A stretch of DNA of 64,000 bases from Dicyema japonicum (Eukaryota > Animalia > Dicyemida), in NCBI GenBank assembly GCA_011109175.1, contig RDEW01000059.1, positions 124,001 through 188,000 of the forward strand, read 5' to 3'. Below, piece after piece: positions 25,183 through 37,320 of the stretch. Position numbers and translations under genes: made by a program. The notes under the pieces were generated by a model. The model worked only from the letters and a program-made list of their open reading frames with translations, did not search any database and was not told the origin of the DNA. The first letter of the stretch is position 1; every line of letters starts with the position of its first letter.

Positions 25183-25470
25183 ACGGTTGGCGTATTGTAA
25201 CGGGTGCCGGGCAAAAGGCCTACATTTTGCTTGAAGGTTCCATGCATCTCTATGCATCGGCTTGACAAGTGACGCGGTCATTAGTGAACATTTAACTGCG
25301 GAACCGGATCGTCTATATAGGACATACACACAAGAAAAAAAACAAAAAGTGAAGAAGCTTTCCTTGATTCTCCCTCATCGATTTGCTATGATAACTGTTA
25401 TTTGCTTAAAATAAAGTGTGTGTTCTGCCTGAGGGGAGCCATAGTTGATATGGCTCCTTGGAAGGTGCAC
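25183..25470 (+). mobile_element. tRNA-derived SINE, second copy (head partly deleted)
   Basis: Colinear with 17353-17681 (gaaggttcca, tgacgc-gtca, ggaca-cacacaagaaaaa, taaagtgtgtgt); ends in the perfect hairpin GGAGCCATA-gttga-TATGGCTCC. Confidence 0.85.
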
Positions 25471-26059
25471 ATTTCAGGGCAATAAAAAACACTGTTTATT
25501 AATGCTTTGTAACTTTTTCTGATCATAAAAGACGTCGTGTGATGCATTAGTCTCAGGAGATATTTAATTCCTAGCCTAAATCCTAAAGGGAAACATAATG
25601 AACATGATGCGTTAAATATAACCACATCATTCGTTATGTTCACAAAACTAAGTGACTTTTGTAGTTCCCTCAATTGAAAATGATGTAGTGATCATCCCCA
25701 CAAACTATTGAGTTACGGAAAGAATAGTAAAGGAGTTTAAGAACGTCAAAATTTTTTTTAAAACTTTTCTTTCTAAAAAAGCAATAACGAATTTTTTGAA
25801 CAAAAATTAGAGTAGGAGATCGCAACCATATCTGCGTGGCTATCCTCAAAGGAGGGAAATACGCTCTGAATGAGCTAATTAATATTTGCGTGTACACGAA
25901 ATGGATTGTAAGTTACTTCCCGGGATCGAAAGGCCAATCCTCTGGAGAGATATTGCTTTACTAAGGACCTCAGACATTTCCACAGAAATCACTAGAAAAA
26001 CCAGAAGGAATGATTAATACAAATATAGTTATTTGTTGTGACAAAGTGTCCATTAAGTC

Positions 26060-27300
26060 TGTAAGTCTTGAGCACTCAATGGAAGTTACCTGTCATGATC
26101 GATAGCCAAATGTTCTGGAAAAACCATCGCGTCATTCTAGGCTCACCGTTCCGCAGTCATACAATCCATTCGACTAACTTGATAAACTCAGACGTGCTCG
26201 GGCCAATAACGCCAGACGTCTCAAAGGAGATCGGCTGGAAATCGAGTCGATCCCCAATGCCGCGGTACTTCCTCTTTTTCAAATCTTCAGCAGTGCTCGC
26301 TGTGGTACCCACGCTGAACGATGACTTGAGCAAACTTCCACTAGAGAAAGTATCCATGTAAGTTGAATCCCAAGCAAGATACCTCCCTAAGCTCCATGAC
26401 ATAGTCGTTATGCCATCCGGCTTCTTGCCATCACCTCTGTCAAAACCGATGGGTTTCAGAAGACAAATAAACTTGGCGTCTTCTATTGTCCGTAAGACAG
26501 TCGAGTTTAAAATGGCGTGACGAGGGAATCTCCCGGTGCTCCGTCTGCATGACAGCGGATGTAGTCTTTTCGTTTCAGCCATCCCACCGCATCGACATTG
26601 GTGTTCATAGTTAAAGAGAACTGTAACGCGGATTGTATTCCCATCAAGAAACTATCAACTGAACGTACTGGGAAGGTTCGAATTCTTGGCCGACTCAGTG
26701 GTCCTTTCTAGTTCTTTTAGTTATTTTTTACGAAGGATTTCATTCCAGTCCTTTTGAGAGATAAAGCCCTTTGGGATACCAAGACCGCTTGTTGTCCACT
26801 GCCACACAACAGTGTCAAACATAGGATCCAGACTCAATCCGTGGCATGGAACATAAGATCAAGAAACGATATGTAATTTCGAATGGCCAAATCGGTAAGA
26901 GACTTCAAACTTATTCCCCCAACGCTTATCGGAAGCTTTCCTTGGGTGCAGCCAGTGCTACCAAATTTGATACAGAGAATTTCATCAGTCATCGGTTTGA
27001 TAAGATCCTCTAAATATTCTAAAGAATCAGACTCGTGGAAACAAGAGAAACTGAGAATATCATATTGTAAACAGAAATGTTATTTTTCATTAAGAAAAAT
27101 TTGCTTCGAGTTATAAGCTATTCCTCAATGAGCCGGAACGAATCAATTTTTCTCTTGAAAAAATTTTCCAATCGATACACGAATGGAGAGCATCCATGGA
27201 AAACCGTATTACCAATCTCAACTATCCTCGCACCATGGAACAAGTCCAGGAGGTTTTGGACACTGGAAACTCTTTTAAAGTGAAGATCCCACAGATAATA
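26060..27300 (-). mobile_element. CRE-like RLE retrotransposon, 3' part, decayed
   Basis: HPLSCRRSTGRFPRH, KPDGIT, LAWDSTY.DT, FQPISFETSG. Confidence 0.88.
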
Positions 27301-28055
27301 AAAGGACAAAGGAAGTAAATTTTACAAAAAAAAACCCCGGTGGGTAATACGGCAAACATAACTTGAACAGATTCAAACTTTAAATTATCACAGCTTAACT
27401 AAGTTTGCAAACAAACCATAATTGATAAGTAGAGACAATCAAAATAGCAAAAGTGGCTAACTATCTCGCATGACGGGGACTTTGAAAGCATGAACCTTGG
27501 TAGTAAGCTCGAGATCTGATAACAAAGAAGTAAATTAAAAAAACAACAGCAAACAATTTTTGTTGTCAAGTTCAAATAAATCCGATGATTCACTAAAATC
27601 CTGCCTAGTTCAGCTTATTTGTGACTTAGCAGGTTACCAGAGTTCAATTTTGTCTTTGCCAGGGTCTATCTCTTTTTTACCCACGTTGAAGAACTCCAAA
27701 ACATTGCTTTTGTAGACTATGGTATTAATACCCATCGATGCTTTTAAACAAACTACCTTAATTTTCCACTTTGTGACCGTGTTTTTCGTGAAACTCACGA
27801 TCCAGTAAGAAGTCAAGTGCCATCTAGAATCCGATACAGGAAGTCACCGAGTCAAAACTATCTTCACATCCAAATTGTTCCTATTCCGCTAGTTAATGCG
27901 TTGGTTAAGTGCTACTTGTTCCCAAAATCCTTGCAAATTTGCTGTTCTCAATTGATCGTCACTGATCATATGGAGTTTTCCCTAGAGTGGTGACTAGCAC
28001 AATAGGTCTCAAGAGCTGGTATATTGAGCGTTTCCATATAAATCCAATTTTCATT

Positions 28056-28200
28056 AGTGACGCAGTGTCATAGGTGTCGGAAAAAGTCCTCACGTGTTCG
28101 AATCTTGCTGCTATTCGTTTCGACTAAAAGTTCTACACATCTATTATTCTTTGGGCATGAGTCATGTGATATTAATGAGATCCAAGTACGGTGTTTGTGG
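28056..28200 (+). mobile_element. Degenerate third copy of the tRNA-SINE head
   Basis: gtgacgcagtg..taggtgtcgg..cacgtgttcgaatcttgctgct aligns with 17359-17423. Confidence 0.6.
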
Positions 28201-28429
28201 AACTCATGAACCACGTGGAAACTATCTTTAATGATCGCTAATGGCTATTCTATGAGCAGTCATTTCCTCAGCCAAGAGTTAACTTAAGTAATTATCTCAT
28301 ATTGGTCGATCAATTCTGATATTTAAGTTGAGGTCTCAGAGTTTCTAATCATCGCCAAATATAAAGAATGAAACATTAAAACACAAGAACAGAATCCAAA
28401 AGACTTATCTGACGGATTACTCAGCACTT

Positions 28430-29655
28430 ACATGTTTGACGAGCAAATCAACTCTGGAGTAATCTGGAAACGATCATTTATTATTCCATCCTCTTGCCAT
28501 TTTGATTTTCAGGCTCATTATTCCGTTGCCCCACACAAAAACGTACAAATCCACCAGAACGACGAGTTCTTAGAGCTTTTCTACTTTCATCCTTCAAAAC
28601 AAGCGCCGACTCAAACACAGCCCCCTGAAATACAAACGAATCAAAACAGTCAGATATTGGATTTGAACAAAATCCATGGATTCCGCAACATCCCCGACTT
28701 TATCGACCAGCAGAAACACAGGAATCTCGCCTTGAATCACTGCAGCACTGAAATGTCTCAGTCAGTCATACATGGAACAAATTATTGGATTGAAACTGGA
28801 AATCATTTTCGGTCAGGAAAAGCCGATAAAACGGAAATTATCGAATTGACATATTCTTCGTTGATCACCAGCATTGGAGTTGACTTGATTTCCACGTTAA
28901 TAGCCAACGACTGCGGAGTATTTTTAATCACGGAGAGCAGCAACACCATTTGGTCTCCTCCATCCTGACCCACGTGGAGTGGTGTCCCTAAAATAAACCC
29001 TTCAATACTAGATCCCGCATTTTCGACATTCTTTATTGGTAAAATAACTCAAACCTGATTTCTGATAACATTTTCATACGACAAATCAGAAATTGCCGTG
29101 ATTTTACCAGCAAAAACCACGTAACTATCGTGATAAACAACCACCTGGTTGTCCTTGGTCACAGAAACGTCCAACTCAACCATATTTGCCCCCTTCAGTC
29201 ATTAGAGAGAGTACCAGCTCATGAGCACGATTAAATGAATCGATGGTATTCTCTGTATAATCAGAAAATCAAAATATTAATGACAGCAAACATGTTCTGA
29301 CAGCCAAATGTTGATCCCAATCCCGATGCCCGACAAGGATCGGTTTTCTGCTCTCACTCAGCATTAGAAAAGACGGCGATTGCAAATTTTGGGGTACGGA
29401 GGTATTGACGCAAGCAATATTGACGAGGAGGCGGTATTTTTCGGTAGAATTCGAATGTGGGAACAAATTTATAACGTGTTCGGATTTTGAGAGAATTATA
29501 GAATTGCTCAACTCAGAAGAGACTGAATCCCCAAACATGAAGATCTATGGTGACCATCAAATAAACTATATTGTTTTCGCCGTCAAAAAATCCTGAGTAT
29601 TCGGGAAAGAACACGTGGGCTATTTGAGATCCTGATCATCTACTCCTTCTTCCAA
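28430..29655 (-). CDS. Glycerophosphodiester phosphodiesterase (GDPD, GPCPD1/GDE5-like); multiple indels (pseudogene or assembly errors)
   Basis: LVGHR(G), ENTIDSF, GANMVELDV, VVYHD, INVEIK, SSFNP, VFVWG, GIINDR. Introns at 29193-29214, 29031-29054, 28748-28771, 28625-28647. Confidence 0.82.
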
Positions 29656-30115
29656 CTAAAATAGTTAAAGAATATAAACAAAATTTATTATGAGTTTTTT
29701 TGGATTTTATTGTTTCCGTTTATTTTAATCTAAATTTTAGTCACCTTTTACTTTAAAGTTCTTAAACGACTCATTCAATATTTTTATTAATTCCTCACTC
29801 GTTTGTAAAATAACAGAAATACTGACAAAGGCGAACATATTAAGAGCTAAAAAATTCAAATTTATTATCAACATTTAAAATATTTTTTATAAAAATTTAT
29901 TTATGTTCATTTTTAACAAAAATTATGGTATGCCAACAAAAAAATGGTGTAAATCTTTTATAAAATACTTTTAAGCATAATAATTAAAATACTTTAAGAT
30001 TAATCTCTATTAGGAAAATAATGATTTTATATAAAAATGCACAAATTATTCCGAAAACTTAAGTATTGATTAATTTGCAATAAACATGATAGATGTTGAC
30101 ACCTGTCAAATCACC

Positions 30116-30854
30116 TGTCATCAGTTAGAGTAAACGTGGAGGTGGTGCTACTTTCATGTTCTCAAGTCGAAGGAGTTCTAAGGCGAGGATCCACATTACA
30201 AGGCGAAGAAAACGTATTACAAGTCGATTGAACTTATTCTACAAGACGAAGGAACATATTACAAGGTGGAGAAGCATACTACGGGCCGAATGGACATATT
30301 CTACAAGAACGAAGGAACCTTTTGGGGGACGCAGTAGCCAAAGGGTCAAAATCTCCGGATATTTTCCAAGTTGGACTTAGTACCCACACCAATTGATCCC
30401 TACATTCGTACACGGGTCTACACGGACTTTGTTACCCAGAACATTGATGCCTACAGGACCTGTGACTACTGGGTGGAAGTACATACAGGAGTTGGGGCCA
30501 ACAAGGGAGTACCCACACTAATAGTTCTTTACATTTGAATTGGGATTTACACGGAAACTTTGTCAACCACATCATCGATTCCTACAAGACGGCTTGGGAC
30601 CATTGTGGAAGAACATACTTGGAAAAGGACTAAAAAGGGAGAACTAACTGGAGATAGACGTGCTGGCTTTGTACCTACAACGTTCTGGAGATGAAATCAG
30701 GATGTGTATCTTACTAGACCAGCAAATGGATGGCTAGTAAGGAAAAGGTACCCGGATGAACAGTCCAGGCCAACCGACGGACTGATAGATAATATTCCTA
30801 ACCTGTTGTTTAATTCATTTTCATTTCCTGTCAATCACTCTCAGCGCTCGCGAC
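30116..30854 (+). repeat. Non-coding repeat-rich element (candidate solo LTR or non-autonomous element)
   Basis: TGTC..GACA ends; duplicated 20/20/22-nt trimer at 30193-30320; two 129-nt units at 30379-30637; hairpins near 30710-30785. Confidence 0.45.
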
Positions 30855-31684
30855 ATATTAATATATATTATAGTCTTTTTTAAAATTAACATGTATAGTC
30901 TCCATGTACTATAAAGTGGCTCGTGGTGAATGCAGAGAAGTCGTCTACGTCACTGTTTACCACTGACAAAAGATTGGAAAGGAAGACACCTTGAAGTTAA
31001 ACAAGGTCGGCATCCCCTTCAACAGATGTCAAAGGATCTTGGGTGTGACAACTGTTATGCATCTATGTTTGAAAATTGAAGAAATGCAAAAGAGGGCTTA
31101 CAGAGTAACGGAACTTTGGATTTGTGAGGATCACTGAACCAGACTGGAGGCCCTTATGAGACTAGACTCCAGATCACGGGAAAGTGGCCCTGAAAATTCA
31201 GGCAGCCGAATTTTTTTTCGTTTTTTTCCATTTTTCTTCTGCCAATTTTATGAAAAATGGAAATTTTTTAATTTCACCCAAAACTTTAGAAAAAAAGACT
31301 TTGGTTTAACCACGATATCACATCAAAATTAAACTCTATGATGCGGTTTTAACAGCGATTTCCACCTCCCGAAAACTCTATGATGCGATTTTAACCGCGA
31401 TTTCACTTCCCGAAAATTAAAACCTATTTTAATTTCGATTATGAGAATATGAAATATGTCGTCTGACACCCATAATCTATTAATTTTTAAATTATCGAAA
31501 AAAACTTAAATTCAACCAACAATTGAAAAACGAATTAATTTTCGAATAAATTGTCAATTGTCCCATCTTAGCCATATTAAAAAACAAAACACATTTTATT
31601 GACAATTATAATTATTAACTTTTTTTTAAATAATAACAATTTATTGAAGAATAAAACCAAATAGTTAAAGGCTACTGGCTGCTC

Positions 31685-32520
31685 TCAGGGTTGAGAGCGC
31701 ATTTCCCTTACGATCTGTAAGGAGATGCGCTCAATGAGCCAGCCCTTATCTCTGACATCCCTCCTCCTTTTAGCGACTAACGATCCAATTTTGTTGAGCA
31801 GGGCTAACGACCTGCTTCCTATGACTCCCGAAGTTTCGACTGCGACTGGTTCAAATGTGTACTGCTCGCCGAGGCATGTGTACTTCTTTGCTTTAAGTAT
31901 TTCTGCTTTCTCTGCAGCTGAGCCTGGATTTGTCGCACTCATTGTAATATTGGAAGGGGAGAAGCTATCTACGCAGGTGGCATCCCAGGCCAGGTACTTC
32001 CCAGCATCCCACGGGAACAGAGTCGCTCCATCCGGCCTTCTGTTTGCCGTGGCAAGTCCTAGGGGCTCCATCTGGACAGGGAATCCGGCAGCTTCTAGTC
32101 CCCACGCAATAACCTTGTTGATTGCACTATGTCTCAGGCTCCTTCCAGCGCTCCTTCGGCAGGAAAGTGCGTGGAGTCCTTTCGCGTCGACTATTCCTCC
32201 ACATCTACAGCGATTGATTGCGCAAACATCGATTCCGAGCTGACGCAAACCCCAATCCTCGTGGAGTCATCGTCCAGAAAAATTCCGAGTAAAATGCACG
32301 TGAATGCGTTGAGACATGCACCACTTACGTTTGTTGATGCGGTAGCCAGACAAGCCAGACGATGCTGGTCGAGTTGTGGTTTTAGCTCATCGATGGTCCT
32401 TGAACATACAAGTTCGTTCCAGTCTCGTTGTTTGTTGAAGTTAAAGTTCTTCGAGAGTCCCAAATTAAGTCCAATCCAAACATCGTGAGCCATGCATGCC
32501 ATTGGTTCAGTGTCCGATCC
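31685..32520 (-). mobile_element. CRE-like RLE retrotransposon, 3' part
   Basis: CRCG..HALSC (CCHC), RH, RPDG, LAWDATCVDS, EPVAVETSG. Confidence 0.92.
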
Positions 32521-32709
32521 GTTAATATAGCGTAGGATCCGTGTCCATTCAAAATGGCCTCTAATTAATTTTTCAGGTTTTGGTTAAGTTCATCAATAAA
32601 CATCACGATTTTAGCGAAACGACATCTTTAGGTAAAAAAAGTCATCTTTTTTAAATCTTATAAAAATTGATTTTACCAAGGTCCTCGACATCTTTAGGTA
32701 AAAAAGTCA

Positions 32710-33861
32710 TTACTTCCTCCACTTGTCTGTTGAAACAGAGTGAAGGATCGAAGACAACTCCAAGGATCTTCGGTATTTATTTAAGGGGAGTGGTTCGTCT
32801 CAACGAGAGTGTGGGGTTTAGGTTGAATTGTCTTCGATCGGTTGTGAACAGGGTAGCTGATGACTTCGAGGTGGAAACACTCATCCAATTTAAGTTCATC
32901 CAGTCGGATAGCAAGTTCAGGTGGTACTGCACTTTTTCGGTGGCCAGTCGAACATCGCCACTCCTGGATGCGATTACTAGATCATCGGCATATGTCAATA
33001 GTAACGTATTTTGGGTTGTTGGGATGTCTTTAACGTAAAGGTTGAAAAGTGAGGGTGAAAGGACTGATCCCTGGGGAACACCGTTTGGTAGGAGTCGATA
33101 TCTTGATAGATTTGAATATAGACACGTATGATCCAGTCTTCCCGAGAGGAAATTTGTGAGCCATGACTTCCATACAGAGGGAATATTTGAAGAATAGATC
33201 TTGTTGCAGAGGACCACACGGGAGATTCTGTCGAAAGCTTTAGTTAGGTCAATAGAGGCCAAGACAGTTCGTTCCGGGGGTTTGCAGTTGTTGAAACCGT
33301 TGGAGATGTATTGGGTTAGTGTCAGTAAGTGCGTGGTGGTCGAGTGTAAAGGACGGAAACCATGTTGTGAGTCGGAGAGGTCGAGTAGGGGATGATTTCG
33401 TTAAGAATGTGTGGTCAGTGGTATCCGTGAATGGGATGGAGTTGTGAATGAGGGTGACCAGGCCACCACCGTGAGATCCATTTGATCGCTCAGAACGGAG
33501 CAAAGAGTAGTTTTTGAATTTTGGTGTTTGGGAGAAGGCAGACAAACGTGACTCCTGTAGAAGGGCAATGTCAATACGGTGTTAACCAAGTACTCAGCCA
33601 ATTCGGTATGTTTCGAGGTGATTCCATTGGTGTTAAGTTGTAAGATTCTGATGGGTCTATTCTGCGGCCCTGGGTTTAGTTCAATGTCACCGGATGTCAG
33701 GAGGGATTCTTGGGAGCGAAAGCTTCGTGCCCGCTCAATGGTCGCCATCGAGATCTCCTTGAAGAGAGACGATAGGGAAATAGTGTGGTTCTTTTTCATG
33801 TGTGCTGTGTAGGGCACAGGCACAACCAAATGACACCTCTTGGTGAGCCACAACGTCATAG
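32710..33861 (-). mobile_element. Ingi/Vingi-like LINE with 5' HDV-like motif and 2A peptide; internally deleted
   Basis: LLTSGDIELNPGP followed by APE (ILQLNTNGI, GGGLVTLI) fused to RT (IDLTKAFD, GVPQGSVLSP, YADD). Confidence 0.88.
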
Positions 33862-34019
33862 GAACGTGATTATTTAAATTTGATCGGAGATATAAGAGAT
33901 GTTTTTAAAATAATAATTATCACTACAAAAAGAAAATCGAAGTGATTGATAATATTATTATTTTGTAAACAATATATTTTATAAATTTAAATTTGTCAAT
34001 GGGGATGATGAGGTTACTG

Positions 34020-35600
34020 AAGTATCGTAATCTCATTGAGTACAACAAATGGAAGTCTATGCCTTATGAACATCTACGTTCCTCCTCCTGGCCCATGCAA
34101 CATGGGTTGTGACATTCCAAACCTTTCAAGATTGACTACCTTCGATGAGTTCATCATCTGTGGGGACCTGAATGCAAAGGTTGTCTTCTCAACTCGCCGA
34201 CAAAAGAGGGAAATTGCTACTTTCGCAAACGGACACTCTAACGAACGATCCTTCAAAAAACACAAGACACCATTCAGAGAAACGGACTTCATTGACATAA
34301 CTCTCTGTTCTGCTCCACCTGCATCGAAGATTGCTTAGTCAGTCTTATACGAAACGAGAAGTGACCACAACTCAATTGGGATGAAGATCAAGAGAGAGAC
34401 CAGTGTCAAGAAAATCCAAAGAAGCAACAATTATAAAAATGCTGACTGGAAAATGTACAAACTTATCACGGACAAGCTACTACAGGGCTGTTACCTCGGT
34501 CGTTTCCCTTCATTGGACAAAGCGATCACCTACCTCAACAACATAAGCTCATAAGAGCAAGAAATATTCACTAAATTCATCTAGTGGACATGGGAAGACG
34601 GCTTTGATTAAAGAAATTTCAAAAAATCCAATCGGATTCAGCAGAAAAGAAACTCCGGCTTAAAGCCTAAACAACGAAATAAAGGCAAAAGAACTAAAAT
34701 CCAGAGAGCAAAGTGGAACCGAGTACTTACGAAACTGGAACGAAATAGCTCCACCGGAGAAGTATGGAACTCAACTCGGAATGTGGCAAAGGGTGATGAG
34801 GTTTCACCTTTTGAAGACTACACTCAGAGAGATTTCAATATGATTATACAATTCTACGCCAAGATATCATTCAAAGATTACAAATTGTCGAATGTGCCAC
34901 CGTTATCAGGAAGGAAGCTGAAAAGGATGTCAGACACTATCTACTTCTCGGAGAAGGCAGTAATGGAATCATCACTTGTCTCCAGAACAACATATTCCCA
35001 TGGCCCGGATAACATCCCGTTTCACGTCTACATCCTAACGGAATTCCACAAGGATCCTCGTTATCTCCACCAATATTTAACTTATTTTTGCCCGATCTTC
35101 CGACTCCAGAATCCGAAATAGATGTTCTTCCCTCTTATGCAGATGATATTTTTATGGCTTCAAGAGACCGGGATTTTCAGAATGCCACAGAGAGGATACA
35201 AAATAACTTGGATTCTCTAAACGTTTGGATAATAGAAAACCTGCTTAGGATGCGAAAAGTCAATCACTTCCTTTTCACCTCAGACAAAAGATTTGGAAGT
35301 ACAGTCACATTGAAAATAGACAAGGACGATATAGTTTTCAACAAATGTCAGAGGATTTTGGGAGTGACATTTGATATGCACCTTTGTTTTTCACCCCATA
35401 TTGAAAACATTCTCACAAAATGGGAAAGGTAAATTAATATTATAAAGACCTTATCGGAATATGGAAAGTGGGGAACCACCCAGTACTGAAAAACATATAC
35501 AAGGAGTACATCGAGACATATATCTCATATGCATGCGCTTGGTGAAAACCCTCTATCTCATATAGAAATAAAAGAAAAGTGGAGGAAATGCAGAAATTAG
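34020..35600 (+). mobile_element. Ingi/Vingi-like LINE, decayed APE-RT
   Basis: NIYVPP, CGDLNAK, IDITLCS, SDH, GPDNI, SYADD, ILGVTFD. Confidence 0.8.
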
Positions 35601-35609
35601 ATTCTTGTA

Positions 35610-36070
35610 ATAATTTGGACTTTGATATATTGAAACTTTATCATAATTTCTAATTGATTGATTAATGTCAAAATCACCAATTCAACCAATTGACGACCAT
35701 CTTAAAGTTCTATTATCTTTCTATTAAGTAAATTTTTGACATCATCGACTTTAACAAATTGATACTTTTTCATGAACTTTGTTAATTCCTATCTGATTAT
35801 TGTCGAAATCACAAATTGATCAATTGCCGACTATCCTAACTTGTATCATCGTTATATTACGTACATTTCTCGACATCATTCATTCGTATTAAGAACTGTA
35901 ACTTTGAGGTATTGATACTTAATTAAGATCTTTGTTAATTCCTAATTTATCTGATTATTGTCAAAATCACCAATTCAACCAATTAGTGACCATTTTAAGG
36001 TTCTATAATCGATCAATTAATTACATCTTTCAACATATTCCAAATCAGTTAATTATTTGGACTTTGATAA
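35610..36070. repeat. ~135-160-nt degenerate tandem repeat, ~3 copies
   Basis: Recurrent tgattattgtcaaaatcaccaattcaaccaatt..gaccat..attgatactt..ctttgttaattccta. Confidence 0.8.
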
Positions 36071-36079
36071 CATGCGAAT

Positions 36080-37320
36080 AGTACAGAATAGGCCCACTGA
36101 GGTGTTTCAACTGCAAACGCTATGGACGTATATCCTCCTTCTATAAAGAGAGATGTCTTAGTTGCGCAGGGGAACACGACCTGTCTGCGTGTGGAGAGAC
36201 TCCCGGGAACTCAATGAATTGCATAAATTGTGTATCGTCCTCAAATAGTGCCAGATATGGTGGATATCCAGCCACCTAAAATTCTAATCATATGAGAGTA
36301 ACGTAAAACGATGGACAGGTAATAATAGACGATATTTGAGAACGTGGACAGCAAATACAGTTACCTCATGACGGCACCAAAAATTAATCGAATCAAGTCC
36401 AACCCAATCTATCAGAGAAGGTATATACGGAAATATCAAAGATTATATCACAGCTTATCTATCTGGATTTAATGGAGATTACATAGATGGTGGATTTAAT
36501 GGAGATAGTAAACTTGGTTTTGAAGAAGCAAGGTCACCAAATTGTTGAAACAAGGACTAAAAATAGTCCTAGTTAATGCCCGATCCCTAAGGAAAAGGCA
36601 TGATGAACTAGCGCTACTTTCTAGGGACTCTAAGATTGACATCTTGGTGGTCAATGAGATGAAATAAAGAATTCGAAGTGTATTTATTGACGTGACGCAA
36701 TTCCGTAGACGTTTTATGGAAGGCTTGAGCAGTTCCTGTATGGGAATGTCTATTTTCTACCGCGACTGCTTCAGAAATCGTAATCAAAAGGTCTATTGTC
36801 ATTTATAATGTGATATTGTAAGCATGGACATTTGTTTCGAGAGAATATGGATTACTGTTAAAGGTCTATATGGCAAGAATCTTGAGATTCGTTCTAAAGA
36901 TATCTCTGAGTTCTACAACAAGAATCCCTATGCCATTTTATTAGGCGACTTGATTTGGAGAATACTAGTTCTGGTTGTTGAAGACAAATCAGGATGGACG
37001 CGTTTATAATTATTGAATGATTAACGTGGATTTGTGATCCTTACATCAGATGACCCAAATTATTTTTCTTATATTGAGAACAAACTCGGCGTTTTCCTAG
37101 TATCGTCAGCTGTATCTATCTATTTGGGAATGTCCAAAACTCTAGTTTTATTGAGGTTCTACATATCACAATATTCTCAAGAAATTTGGACGCCTGACTC
37201 TCTAAGAAGCAACTGTGTTTATATAATCGATCTCCTTGAATATCTTGAGAAAGAACTCCGTGACAATTATGTCGATAGGGATCAAAACTATATAAATTAA
37301 TTGGGATAATGCTCATGTCA
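36080..37320 (+). mobile_element. Two-ORF LINE remnant (gag-like zinc knuckles plus APE start)
   Basis: RCFNCKRYG, CLSCAGEH, NCINC; later IVLVNARSLRKR..EL and LLGDL. Confidence 0.6.

Noticed and set aside
28432-28968. 178-aa plus-strand ORF
   Set aside because: Antisense shadow of the spliced GDPD gene
31725-32488. Long plus-strand ORFs (also 3589-4047, 40526-41226, 56452-56733)
   Set aside because: Antisense shadows of retrotransposon coding sequence
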